Positions 12,150 through 28,789 of a stretch of 64,000 bases of DNA are shown piece after piece. Position 1 is the stretch's first letter. The number at the start of each line of letters is the position of its first letter. The stretch lies in assembly GCF_009914755.1 (NCBI RefSeq), contig NC_060938.1. The stretch is one strand, 5' to 3'. The notes beneath the pieces were generated by a model, which had not been told where the DNA came from, did not search any database, and worked only from the letters and a program-made list of their open reading frames with translations. The stretch is from the human T2T-CHM13v2.0 reference genome, Homo sapiens. Both the position numbers and the translations under genes were made by a program.

Positions 12150-13955
12150 AAATAGAAGAGCTGATTGAGGACAATACTGAGGTTGAAAATCACACTACAG
12201 ACCATGAGTTTGGTATGAGTCCTCTCAACTCTGATTTCATCTAGCATCTTCCAGCATCTGAGACACAAGAATACAGAAGGCAGAGGCTGATGAAATTAGA
12301 GTTAACAGAATAGATCTGGTAGAAACATAGGGAGACTCTAATGTTGAGAGTACTGGTAAGAGAATGGATGGTGTGTCACACCCCAGGCTTCTAGACAATA
12401 TTTGGACACGTGTAATAAAAAAGAAACTGAGATCTGGCCAGTAGAAGTGTTACACTGGCCACCACAATAGAAAAGCATAGTTTGCTCATGTGCTTCCCAC
12501 ATCTAAGTCAATTCTTAAGAGACTACCTTGGTGAGGCCCGGTCCCTCTTGAGAAAGAACTCTATAATGCTACTATGCATACATACTATAAATATCATCCT
12601 GATTCTTCTCCAAAGGGACTTGCTGCCATTTTTCAGAGTGCCTATGCACTCAGGGAAAGGGAATAACCATACTTTTCAAGAATAGCTAGATATGGGATGT
12701 GAATGATATCATCATGGTTTTATGTTTAGAGACAGGGGCTTATTGTCACCAGTTGATAAGAGAAGTTTTCCCCCAAGTTTATCTGATAGATGATCCAATG
12801 AGTTTTTGGACTCAGCTTGTAGGTCCCTGTTCTCCATGGTTTATAATGGAACATATATACCCTGGCCTGTGGAATAGGGGCATTATGGTAGAAAGAGCTT
12901 AGTAGAAACCACTAAAATGACCTCCCAGTAATATTATCTCTGACCAAGGGAACTATTATAAGGCTAAGGCTATGACAGAAGGCCAAAGACAACAGAAGCC
13001 ACTGCTCTTCCCATGATCTCCATCAGCCAGAAATAGCCAGTCTCATTGGATCATGGAGTGGCCTGTTAAAGGCATAACTAAGACACCCCCTTGGAGACAA
13101 CACATTTAAGGACTGAGTTGTTGTCATTCAAAAGGCAATGACTGATATGTGAGGCTATATCTTCAAAGGCTAGAATATGTATCTGTGACCCAAAGGGTAA
13201 AAATAAAACTGGCCATTTAAACCACCTCCCCCAGTGACCTACTTGCAGAATGTGTGCTCACCAGCCCTGCAACTTTAGTTTCTGACAAGTGAGGATGGAG
13301 ACAGGTAAATGAAGACAGTTTCTACCAAAAGCCACATCTCTACAACTATGCTAACAATCTTGTCACTTTGGCTCCTTGTGTCAGGAGACTAGGAAGAAAA
13401 TAAAGGAGTGATTGTAGTGGCAAAGATGATGGACTCTGACTGACAAGATGAGCTAGTATTGCTTCTAAACAAGGGTGCAGGGATCAGTGCATCTGGAATG
13501 CAGGGCGTGTCTCGTGTTTCCATTCCCGTTGATTAGAGTAAATAGTCAGTCACAACAACCATAGTCTAATAAGGACAGAAAAACAGGACTCAGACTTTTT
13601 GGGGAAGAAGTCTGGGTTATCCCATCAGACAGGCAATTCAGATGAGCAAAATTTTGACAAATTGTAAGGGAAATCAAGAACACATGGTAGAAAAAATAAA
13701 TGAAGTCTATGAAATAAGGCCTCAGAACCAGCTGTAGTAATTGAGACGATAGCCTGTTTCAACTCTCCTTCTTGCCTCTACTCCTTCAGAGACTGTAGCT
13801 GGCCACCACTTTGAAGTGAACTCTGTGACCTGTAGCTCCCCACTGGAAAAGAGAGGAGGGCATCAAGTTGTCACAGTATTGGAGGTCCCATATCATGATG
13901 GGGATGGGAGGCAGATATAACGGAAGGATCAAGTGGATATGAGTGATCCAAAAGG
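12150..13955 (+). mobile_element. Degenerate, internally deleted ERVL-class internal region (protease and integrase relics)
   Basis: LETGA in ORF 12699-12902 resembles the protease LDTGA motif; IISDQG at 12933; HQPEIASLIGSWSGLLKA*L from 13021 resembles ERVL integrase HHPEAAGLIERWNGLLKAQL; followed by an LTR. Confidence 0.75.
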
Positions 13956-13959
13956 TAGA

Positions 13960-14848
13960 TTATAGCAGGTTTCTCTTATGGAGCATTTCAGATGTTCCTC
14001 ACCTCACCTGTCTCTTGTTCTAGCTCTTGTCTCAGTGAGCCAATGCCACATAGGCTCCTATGGACTTCATACTGGTACTTCCCGACAGTATGGCACCTCA
14101 GGCCTGAATTAAGTTCCTCTCTTGCCTCTCTTCCCTTTGATATTTATTCAGGACCAGTCAAGACAAGAGCCAGTGGATAAATTATTCGCCTTTGGTGTTA
14201 GGAATCAGAATCTGAGGCAGAAATTTTTGTTCGAGTGATTCGTTGAAGGAGTATTCCCAAGAAAAAGGGAAAAGAGGCCAGCACCTTAGGACAGGGGAGG
14301 AAGCCAACCAAGGATTTGGCCTCAGCAGTTGACTAGCTTTAGCCTGATCCCATAGGGTGCTCTGGGCCATGAATCAAGGCAAGGGGACAGTCCTTTGACC
14401 CTTCTGTGAGTCAGTCATTGGCTAGGGGCTACTCCTCAGGCTGGAGACTAAACTTCCTGTTATAATGACTTTCTGGCAATTTTCCAGAGAAGGGGCAGTG
14501 ATGTATTTCTGGCAGCCAGCACAGCAGCTGGGGGATGGGTGTGCAGGCCCAGTAAAGAGAATCTAGGGGGACTCCAACAGCATCCTTTCTGTCCACTGAA
14601 GGAGAGTCCTGAGAGGTCATTTATATGACTGCTCAGGGAACAACCCTTAGAAGCAAGTAATCATTTGCATCATGTGCATGAATCATTGTATATGCAACGG
14701 GCCCCATAGCACACCCTGGTATTGGCTCTTCTTCCTCCTCTGTGTCACTTCCCTGTCCTCCACTCCTGCTTCCTGGGGATTGTAATCTCTAATAAATTAA
14801 ACACCCTCTGCCTCAGGCTCTGCTTTCTAAGGAACCCAAACTAAGACT
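13960..14848 (+). mobile_element. ERVL 3' LTR (LTR16-like), apparently interrupted by an opposite-strand ERVL LTR at about 14170-14590
   Basis: Ends aataaa...ctcaggctctgctttctaaggaacccaaactaagac; the internal block cagaatctgaggcagaaattt... reads as an antisense LTR 3' end. Confidence 0.6.
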
Positions 14849-15729
14849 ACTGTGGAAGAAAGAAACAAAGAATAAAGGACCTGAGAGGATATGCAAAGGC
14901 TCAAGGTGTTGCCGCAGTGAAACGGTGGGATGGGGGCAGATAAGAGACCTGATTGGACTGACAGGCCTATTCAGAATGAGGTCTCCTGTGCATGGCACTG
15001 GAGGCCTGATGAAGGTGACAGTCTTGCTCAATACTTAGGCAGCATTTTGCCAAAAAGTTACTTGCAGAGTCCCATACACAACTCAAGGAAGCATAACTCA
15101 ATTAGTCAAAGATTTTGGAAGATAAAAATCTCTCCAAATATAAGAAATTTTATCTTCCAACCAAAATTTGTGACTGGGTAGGCCATAAGAGTTAATTATA
15201 GTAATTTATAATGAAAAGTCCAAGATGCCTATATGTTTATAGGTGACTAGGAAAGGATTGATATTTTGGTTCCCTGAAAGCTTTCTTCTCAGAAGATTCA
15301 CAAAACATCCCTGGAGGCATAAGACCTACTTACTTGGAGAAGTTACCAATTTAAATCACTGTTTCTATAGATAGCATTAATTCCTATATGTGGCTGTTTC
15401 CCATGCAAGCTTTTGAAATGTTCCTAGCTGTTGAAGTGTGAACAACTTTCATAAAGTACAGAGAAATGAAAATTTTCTTAAAGCCCCATTTGAATTGCTT
15501 GTCTAGTAGAACATTACATAGGTTATTATGCCTAGGGATTTGATTTACTTCACCCCTTTGGCACTTTCAATAAGCACCCCATTATCAAAAGCCTCCTTAA
15601 TTTCATTTAATGTGAAAAGCAAAAAGTCACTTAACAAAGCAGGAAATAAGTTTATTATGCCTGGCAATACTATTATCATTAATTATATTTGTTAACTTTT
15701 TTAATTTCCCTAGATTCAGCATGCTTCTT

Positions 15730-16573
15730 AAGGACATAAACAGACACTTCTCAAAAGAAGACATTTATGCAGCCAAAAAACACATGAAAAAATGCTCATC
15801 ATCACTGGCCATCAGAGAAATGCAAATCAAAACCACAATGAGATACCATCTCACACCAGTTAGAATGGCAATCATTAAAAAGTCAGGAAACAACAGGTGC
15901 GGGAGAGGATGTGGAGAAATAGCAACACTTTTACACTGTTGGTGGGACTGTAAACTAGTTCAACCATTGTGGAAGTCAGTGTGGCGATTCCTCAGGGATC
16001 TAGAACTAGAAATACCATTTGACCCAGCCATCCCATTACTGGGTATATACCCAAAGGACTATAAATCATGCTGCTATAAAGACACATGCACATGTATGTT
16101 TATTGCGGCACTATTCACAATAGCAAAGACTTGGAAGCAACCCAAATGTCCAACAATGATAGATTGGATTAAGAAAATGTGGCACATATACACCATGGAA
16201 TACTATGCAGCCATAAAAAATCATGAGTTCATGTCCTTTGTAGGGACATGGATGAAATTGGAAATCATCATTCTCAGTAAACTATCGCAAGAACAAAAAA
16301 ACAAACACTGCATATTCTCACTCATAGGTGGGAATTGAACAATGAGAACACATGGACACAGGAAGGGGAACATCACACTCTGGGGACTGTTGTGTGGTGG
16401 GGGGAGGGGGGAGGGATAGCATTAGGAGATATACCTAATGCTAAATGATGAGTTAATGGGTGCAGCACACCAGCATGGCACATGTATACATACGTAACTA
16501 ACCCGCACATTGTGCACATGTACCCTAAAACTTAAAGTATAATAATAATAAAGTAAAAAAAAGAAAAAAAAAA
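15730..16573 (+). mobile_element. 5'-truncated L1PA3-like element (ORF2 C-terminus, 3'UTR, poly(A)); no TSD visible
   Basis: ORF 15721-16338 is the ORF2p C-terminus with the CCHC motif; 3'UTR gagaacacatgg, aacatcac, ctaaatgatgagttaatgg; A-tail to 16573. Confidence 0.95.
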
Positions 16574-18239
16574 GATCATCAAATGCAACAATGCCATATA
16601 GAGTTCACTGGAATGAAAAATATCTCTGATGTCACCAAAAGGTAAAGAATTACCAGCTGAAAGCCATTCAGTAAAGATGACAGAGATTTAAAGTTGAAAT
16701 GCTCTATCATTGTCCAGGTAGCATTATAATCTGTGTGTATACATATAAAAAATACATGGACACATTTTTAAACACATTAGTTAGAAGCACAGAACTATAT
16801 AAACAGACATCAGATCTTACATACTACTGAAGTGCCTTTTTAAAGAATTTAAAAGTTTGTGGGAGTTTTTTGGCAGAAGCTAGGCATAAAAAACAAAGAT
16901 AAACACCAACAAAGATGAAAAACATTTAAAACATGAGCATTTTTGGAGAGCTTATAACTTAATAAAATGTGAAGCATACCTTCTAATAAATGCCTGTGGG
17001 TAGATATTTTAAAAGCTTAATCCTTTACTATCCAGCCCCCAGGGTACCCACACATCTTAGGTAGCTACACATTGTCATAAAATGCCTAGAGAAAAGACAT
17101 ACATTTTTTCTCACAGTTATAAGAAGCAGAGTAAATATCCAGGCTCACTGACAAATAAATCTAGAAGGAGCTATTAAACAGTTTTACTATGAATTTCCCT
17201 GTCAAATGAGTGACCAAGTTTTAGTCTTTCTGAGTCAACACAAGCAAAACCTTGGTATTCTTTAGAAACATCAGCGGAAATCCTGCGTATTTCTGAGCCT
17301 TCCCATATCTATTTCAAATTTCAGTTCAGCATTAAGTGACATTTTAATATTTTTCATTCAATTGGCATTAGTTGTTGAGAGTCCACTCTGTGCCTAGCAC
17401 TGATGTAGGGGCTAGGGTTTAGAAGGGTGAATGAAAAACACTTTGCTGTTTAGTATATTATGGCTCTCAGGATTATAAAAGTGTAAGATCCTTAAGGAAG
17501 AGACCATGTTGTCCATCTCTCATGGAGATTAGCAGAGTGCTAAGCACATATTAGATGCTCAGAATTCACTGCACTTTTTTGAAAATACTAATGGTGGTTG
17601 CTGGCATATGAACAACTAATTTTTATACTCTAAAATACTTTATTATGTAGCACCAAAATACTAATTCTTACAGATTATGGGATAAGATGCCAATATATTG
17701 ATAGGCAACTTTGCCTGTCAGACACAGGGTCACCCCATTCTTTATCATTATACTACTTGAACTGTATGCCACCACTGCATGCCCACCTCATGGATATAAG
17801 AAGTGTTGCGATGTCCTCCAAAGAGATTCTACTACCCACACTTCTTGCAGGCCAGCCAATTTGATTTTAACAAATATAGTTCCTTTTTCAGTCTCCTTAC
17901 ATTAGCTGCTGTTTGTGCAGGTACCTTACTGCATTGTGTAATTCTATTATTATTTATATCCCACCCACTTTTTGAAAGAATTTGGAATGGCGTAAGATAC
18001 TAAAATGTGTGATAGACAAGACCATTGTAAGTAAAAAGGGAGATCAAAAACCAGATCAGAATAATGAATAAACATCAAAAAATGAAAATGATGTACTATA
18101 AGAGAGCACTAAATTTAGCTTTAAGCTTTCTCAAAGTCAAGGGGAATAGGGAGCTTATGGTCTAATACATAGTTCCATAATATATAATATAGCATATATT
18201 ATGGAATATGGCAGATTCAAGGAATTGTGTCAACTTATC

Positions 18240-18560
18240 TATGGCAGAGACTGCTGGGTATCCAACAAAATCTGTTCTCCTCTTCTTCCATAGTGACAAA
18301 GTGGTGTCTGGGCCAGTTAGGGACTATATTTTGCAGCCTCTCCTGCAATGAGTAGAGGTCATATGTAACTAAGCCCTCACAAATGCGATGCGAGCAGAAC
18401 TGATGTGTGCAATTTCCGCATCTCATGCTTAAGATGAATTTTATAGACACGACTTCCAGTCTTTCCCCTTCCTGCTAGCTGGAATGGGCATGACTAGAGT
18501 GACCTTGGAAGCTACAAGTTGAAAATGACACAGCCTCCGTTGACTTGGATCCCTGATTGA
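18240..18560 (+). mobile_element. MaLR LTR fragment (MLT1I/J-like)
   Basis: 5' end tatggcagagactgctgggtatccaacaaaatctgttctcctcttcttcc; ttttgcagcctctcctgca motif. Confidence 0.7.
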
Positions 18561-18797
18561 CCCTAAGGAACAGAGAAAGTAGGCTTTCTCCAGGGAAATC
18601 CAGGGTGCCCAACTTGAATACTGTTCTCAAGTCATCCAAACGTCTCAAAAATATGAGCTGAAGGAGGTATCTTTGAGTGAAATCAAAAATATATCTCCCA
18701 AAAAATGCCACTGAACATCAGAAGAAATTAAATCTGAGGTCACAGCAGGTACTTAGGATCAGACTGGTTAAAGAATTGGGAAAGTAAGCTTCTTGAT

Positions 18798-19692
18798 CAA
18801 GATGGCCAAATAGGAACAGCTCCGGTCTACAGCTCCCAGCGTGAGCGACGCAGAAGACCGGTGATTTCTGCATTTCCATCTGAGGTACTGGGTTCATCTC
18901 ACTAGGGAGTGCCAGACAGTGGGCGCAGGTCAGTGGGTGCGCGCACCATGCGTGAGCCAAAGCAGGGCGAGGCATTGCCTCACTTGGGAAGCGCAAGGGG
19001 TCAGGGAGTTCCCTTTCCGAGTCAAAGAAAGGGGTGATGGACGCACCTGGAAAATTGGGTCACTCCCACCCGAATATTGCGCTTTTCCAACCGGCTTAAA
19101 AAACGGCGCACCATGAGATTATATCCCGCACCTGGCTCGGAGGGTCCTATGCCCACGGAGTCTCGCTGATTGCTAGCACAGCAGTCTGAGATCAAACTGC
19201 AAGGTGGCAGTGAGGCTGGGGGAGGGGCGCCCGCCATTGCCCAGGCTTGCTTAGGTAAACAAAGCAGCCGGGAAGCTCGAACTGGGTGGAGCCCACCACA
19301 GCTCAAGGAGGCCTCCCTGCCTCTGTAGGCTCCACCTCTGGGGGCAGGGCACAGACAAACAAAAAGACAGCAGCAACCTCTGCACACTTAAATGTCCCTG
19401 TCTGACAGCTTTGAAGAGAGCAGTGGTTCTCCCAGCACGCAGCTGGAGATCTGAGAACGGGCAGACTGCCTCCTCAAGTGGGTCCCTGACCCCTGACCCC
19501 CGAGCAGCCTAACTGGGAGGCACCCCCCAGCAGGGGCACACTGACACCTCACATGGCAGGGTATTCCAACAGACCTGCAGCTGAGGGTCCTGTATGTTAG
19601 AAGGAAAACTAACAAACAGAAGGGACATCCACACCAAAAACCCATCTGTACATCACCATCATCAAAGACCAAAAGTAGATAAAACCACAAAG
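18798..19692. promoter_or_regulatory. L1 5'UTR with internal sense promoter (YY1 site 18798-18807) and antisense promoter
   Basis: CpG-rich 5'UTR collinear with L1HS/L1PA2; YY1 core caagatggcc retained. Confidence 0.85.
19022..19237 (-). CDS. ORF0: L1 ORF0, intact 71-aa antisense ORF
   Basis: MAGAPPPASLPPCSLISDCCASNQRDSVGIGPSEPGAGYNLMVRRFLSRLEKRNIRVGVTQFSRCVHHPFL is the C-terminal part of ORF 19022-19387; 216 nt from ATG to stop. Confidence 0.85.
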   Translation of the reverse strand: MAGAPPPASLPPCSLISDCCASNQRDSVGIGPSEPGAGYNLMVRRFLSRLEKRNIRVGVTQFSRCVHHPFL

Positions 19693-20709
19693 ATGGGGAA
19701 AAAACAGAACAGAAAAACTGGAAACTCTAAAACGCAAAGCGCCTCTCCTCCTCCAAAGGAACGCAGTTCCTCACCAGCAACGGAACAAAGCTGGATGGAG
19801 AATGACTTTGACGAGCTGAGAGAAGGAGGCTTCAGACGATCAAACTACTCTGAGCTATGGGAGGACATTCAAACCAAAGGCAAAGAAGTTGAAAACTTTG
19901 AAAAAAATTTAGAAGAATGTATAACTAGAATAACCAATACAGAGAAGTGCTTAAAGTAGCTGATGGAGCTGAAAACCAAGGCTCGAGAACTACGTGAAGA
20001 ATGCAGAAGCCTCAGGAGCTGATGCGATCAACTGGAAGAAAGGGTATCAGCAATGGAAGATGAAATGAATGAAATGAAGCGAGAAGGGAAGTTTAGAGAA
20101 AAAAGAATAAAAAGAAATGAGCAAAGCCTCCAAGAAATATGGGACTATGTGAAAAGACCAAATCTACGTCTGACTGGTGTACCTGAAAGTGATGGGGAGA
20201 ATGGAACCAAGTTGGAAAACACTCTGCAGGATATTATCCAGGAGAACTTCCCCAATCTAGCAAGGCAGGCCAACATTCAGATTCAGGAAATACAGAGAAC
20301 GCCACAAAGATACTCCTCGAGAAGAGCAACTCCAAGACACATAATTGTCAGATTCACCAAAGTTGAAATGAAGGAAAAAATGTTAAGGGCAGCCAGAGAG
20401 AAAGGTCGGGTTACCCTCAAAGGGAAGCCCATCGGACTAACAGCGGATCTCTCGGCAGAAACCCTACAAGCCAGAAGAGAGTGGGGGCCAATATTCAACA
20501 TTCTTAAAGACAAGAATTTTCAACCCAGAATTTCATATCCAGCCAAACTAAGCTTCATAAGTGAAGGAGAAATAAAATACTTTACAGACAAGCAAATGCT
20601 GAGAGATTTTGTCACCACCAGGCCTGCCCTAAAAGAGCTCCTGAAGGAAGTGCTAAACATGGAAAGGAACAACCGGTACCAGCTGCTGCAAAATCATGCC
20701 AAAATGTAA
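19693..20709 (+). pseudogene. L1 ORF1 (338 codons) with in-frame stops at 19957 and 20020
   Basis: MGKKQNRKTG...QNHAKM; canonical 1017-nt length; TAG at 19957-19959 and TGA at 20020-20022. Confidence 0.96.
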
Positions 20710-20772
20710 AGACCATCGAGACTAGGAAGAAACTGCATCAACTAACGAGCAAAATCACCAGCTAACATCATA

Positions 20773-24600
<3,828 letters not shown>

Positions 24601-26239
24601 ACAATGAGATCACATGGACACAGGAAGGGGAATATCACACTCTGGGGACTGTTGTGTGGTGGGGGGAGGGGGGAAGGATAGCATTAGGAGATATACCTAA
24701 TGCTAGATGACGAGTTAGTGGGTGCAGCGCACCAGCATGGCACATGTATACATATGTAACTAACCTGCACAATGTGCACATGTACCCTAAAACTTAAAGT
24801 ATAATTAAAAAAAAATTAAAAAAAAAAAAAGAATTGGGAAAGTACCATGAGGAAACATGATGCATTTTATCTGACACCTAGAGTACTGTGATAGCATAAA
24901 TGTGCACCAGGGAAGCCTGTCGCAGCGGCACGGCACTGCCTACTGCAGAGCTCTCTAAAGGGCCACTCACTGGGCTCCTTTGGGCCCCAGAGTGCCCAGT
25001 TATCATCATATCACTCAAGTCTAGTCCTGGGGAAAGTTTTGTTGTTAGTCATGTTTCATATTTCCTCTTCCTTTCCATCACATCCCCTTACCGCAAAGTA
25101 CCCTTAAACCAGTGCTGATCTCTGGCTCTGTATGGCCTACCTCCTGCATCAGCACCCCATGCTGCATGTTTCCTTCTGCCCATCAAATTTTACTGGTCAT
25201 GTGTCATGTCCCTTTAAAGCTTCATTATGGAATGACTTTCTAATCTGATTGTCCAATAGCAAAGTAGTGCAAATAAAATTATGTTACTGCAATTCCTTCT
25301 TAATGTTTACCCCACCAGACATTCTATTTGAAATGTAAATAGATTTCCACTGCCAAGGCACACATTTGCACATACACACACAACTAATTGTCTAATATAT
25401 GGTTCTATAATATGTAATATAGCATATATTTTGAAATATAGCAGCTAATACTTGGAACTTAGAGCATGTAGGCCATTGGGTTGAAAGTTTGGATTCAAAG
25501 CAAGGAGAGAAAATGGAAAAGCCATGCCATTATTATGGGTGTCAAGATTCTACTATAGCATTCTTAAGTTATGTGGCAACTTAGAGGAAGATAAGTACTA
25601 TCTATTTCCTGAAATCCTAGGAGATTTTATTGAGGTTATAGGTGGCCCACTGTGCTATAGGACTATCTCTTGACTGCCTTCTGACATTCTAAAAAACCAG
25701 ATTTAAGTAAAAAAGACAAAATTTTAACCTTTGTTCTTAATGTGATGCTTGTCATCCTTTTTCCTTCTTAGAATCTAGTAACAGGTAGTTAAGTGCTTTG
25801 GATCTAGAGTTTTTTCCCCAAGTTCTGTATCAATAGATTATATGTATGTATATATATTTTTGTATATACATTGTAATATACATATTACAATTACATAGAC
25901 ACTATACAGGACTGTGAACCCTAAAGGTTAAGTAGTCTATAATGAAAGGGGTAACAAATGATCTTCAAATAGCTCTATTTGAAAGATGAGTAGTAAAAGC
26001 ATGCTTTAAAATGAGGGCTACTATACAATTTAATCCTGGAACACGATAGGAAGAAAATATTAACTATAAAATATATGTTTGCCTAGTACATAGTGCTAAA
26101 TAGCCCTTCAATTCCAGCTTTAACATATACATAGTATTTTTTAATTCTCACAACAATCCTGCCATGTAGGTATTATCAGCTCACTTTTAGTGGGGGAAAT
26201 AGTTGCAGAGATCAGTGAAGACCCATTTCTGTATTTTCT

Positions 26240-26755
26240 ACAACTCTTTTAGTTGCACAAAACAGAAACCCAACTCAAACTATCTTGAGTAAAAACAGAG
26301 TAGGGGAGAATCACCAGTTTATACAATCAAAATGTTGATAGGGAGCTCTGGCTTGAAACATGGCGGAATACAGGTAGCCAAATGGCCATCTTCAGGGCTC
26401 TGTGTCTCTCTTAATCTCCTAGAAAAAAGATAGCCATGGTAGGAGCATGATAGCCATCAGCAGACCAAGAGTCATATCTCCGGAGTTTAGCAACCACAGC
26501 ATAGAGTATTTTTCCCCAAGGATCTGATTGAAATTGCATGCCCATTCCTGAACCAAGCTCTGTGGCCAGAAACATGATTGGTCAGGCTTGGGTATACTAT
26601 ATACCCCTTTGAGAGAGGGAAGATACAAATAAAGCCCTCTCTATTACCATATGGAATGATCCCCACTATCTGCCATATACACACAAAAGTATTATCTTTC
26701 TAGAGAAAGTGGAAAATGGATTCTGGGCAAGCAAAACCAAGAGATGTCAATTACA
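26240..26755 (-). mobile_element. Old MaLR LTR (MLT1K/L-like)
   Basis: tagttgcacaaaacagaaacccaactcaaac is an antisense MLT1 3' end; tctgattg...cccattcctgaacc motif. Confidence 0.7.
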
Positions 26756-27186
26756 CTCATCACCCTTAACCTCCAAGCATATTGCAATTTTTTTAGTCAT
26801 ATATATAAGTATGAAAGTATTTCACTTGGCATATGCAAGTATTCACATAAAACTTAAAATCCATTAACCCTCTGCTCAAGGAACATAGTCTGAATTCTCA
26901 TATACATAGAATTGCTGAATGTTGTGCATCTTTTTCCATCAGATTTTAATATGGCTCCTTAAGACCTAGCAACCTATGGCCAATTGGATAATTTCACCTC
27001 CCTTTGCAGACATAGAAGAAAAACAGAATAAAGACAAGTGATGTCCATTTGGGAGAGAAAAGGTAGCAACATTCAATAGTTAGCTCTTCATAGCATTGCC
27101 CATTCTGTTAGGCAGAGATAGGAAGAACTCACTGCCTCAAAGGTAAAGTGAGGCCTTCATCAGCTGAATCACTCCAGGGTACTCAC

Positions 27187-27226
27187 CTGGAGGACCTCTG
27201 CTGTCCATGGACCTCTATGGCAATAC
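27187..27226 (-). other. Candidate 40-nt internal exon
   Basis: Minus strand: ctttgcctttcctcatggctctctcag|GTATTG...CTCCAG|gtgagt, a consensus donor with a good pyrimidine tract, in non-repeat DNA. Confidence 0.45.
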
Positions 27227-28666
27227 CTGAGAGAGCCATGAGGAAAGGCAAAGCTGTGGGTGTGGGAAAGCTTCAGGAACATGCTTGTTGATATGGTTTC
27301 TAGGGCTTATGCAATCACATCCCATAGGCTAGGCCTGGGACTCCTGTTTCAATACAGCCCACTTAACAGCACCTGAACTATCTGGGACACATATACTATT
27401 CCTGAATCTCTAGTTGAGCTCTCATTTCATCTCATCCCTGGCCAACACAGTGAAATTTTGTTAACTAGCCCCAGGAGAATTAGACTGATTTTTGTAAAGT
27501 CTCTCAGAATCAGAAAACAGCACCATAATATCCATTACTACATTTTCTCCTCCACCACCTCCTCCTCCTTCTATTTCTCCTCCTGCTTTGTATCATTTAA
27601 TATAACGCACAAGAGTTGCATGATGTACAAACTGATTATAACATTACAAAAGGATAATAAAATCTAAAATCTCCTTCAAAATCCACAATAGTGTTTTAAG
27701 GCATCTGGGAATTGTTAAATTATATTGACTTTGCTCCTGAGAAATGAAGCCTGGACTTCAGTTTGAAAGTAGATGTCTCCTATCAGCCAGGCCATCATTT
27801 CCCTATAACCATGAGCTGCTGGTTCCCAAAAGTGAGTGTGAAGATGATTTTAATCAGGGCCTGTCTGGTGGATCACACTCCCCTGTTGCCCACTGCCACA
27901 CACACAGACAGACATAGACACACACACACGCGCCCGCACAAAAAGTACAAAAAGCCTGATTTTCATTACTGTAAAATAGACACATTTTGTTTGTTTTCCT
28001 TTCAGAAGCCACCACGTCTGAAACTATCACCAAAGTATTTGGCTTGTAAAGCATGTGTTTTGCCAGGGAGCTAATAGCAGTTCTAATTCCAGTCAACAAT
28101 ATCTGTTTCATAAACCCAGCATACACATTCTACTGTACACAACCCCTACTTGGAGGCAGGGAGCTGTCTTTATACTTCCAACTCATTTCTATTATAACTT
28201 TTTGAGTTGCTACATTTAGGATAACTGTTTGGCAGAATTGCAATTTTCCTCATGCACAGTTAAGTGAAAACTCTTATTATATATTGCTACATTGGGAGCA
28301 ACTAAAAATGCTATCTCAGAGAAGGAAAAGGAAGACATCTAGCTTTGAGAAACCTTCTCTAAGTCAATTCTCCATAATCACATTATTCTTTTGGAGTTAT
28401 CCAGCACTTTTTCCATGCAGGGACACAGCATTTCGTACTGTGTCATTTAGTCATACTTACAATATCCCCAAAATGAAAAATATACATAAAAATTATCTCT
28501 GTTTTTTTAGGGGCTGGTTATGATTAAAATGAAGCAACCATTATTTCTGGTAACCAGAGCAGGCTAGGAAGCAAGGTGCCTTGATTTGAAGAAAGATGGT
28601 TTAGGACTGAAGAAAAAAAAAAAAGAGGGAAAGAAATTTGGAGGTCAAGGGCGAACTAGACACCGA

Positions 28667-28690
28667 CCCTAACCCTAACCTTAACCTTAA
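28667..28690 (+). repeat. Short telomere-like hexamer run (CCCTAA)2(CCTTAA)2
   Basis: ccctaa ccctaa ccttaa ccttaa, read directly. Confidence 0.7.
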
Positions 28691-28789
28691 GTTGAATCTC
28701 CTTTCTATAGGGTTTGACTTTGTGGTTAGTCTGCCACACTAGTCTCTCAGAAACTTCAGGATGGAAATTGTACAGTAGAGGGTTAATTC

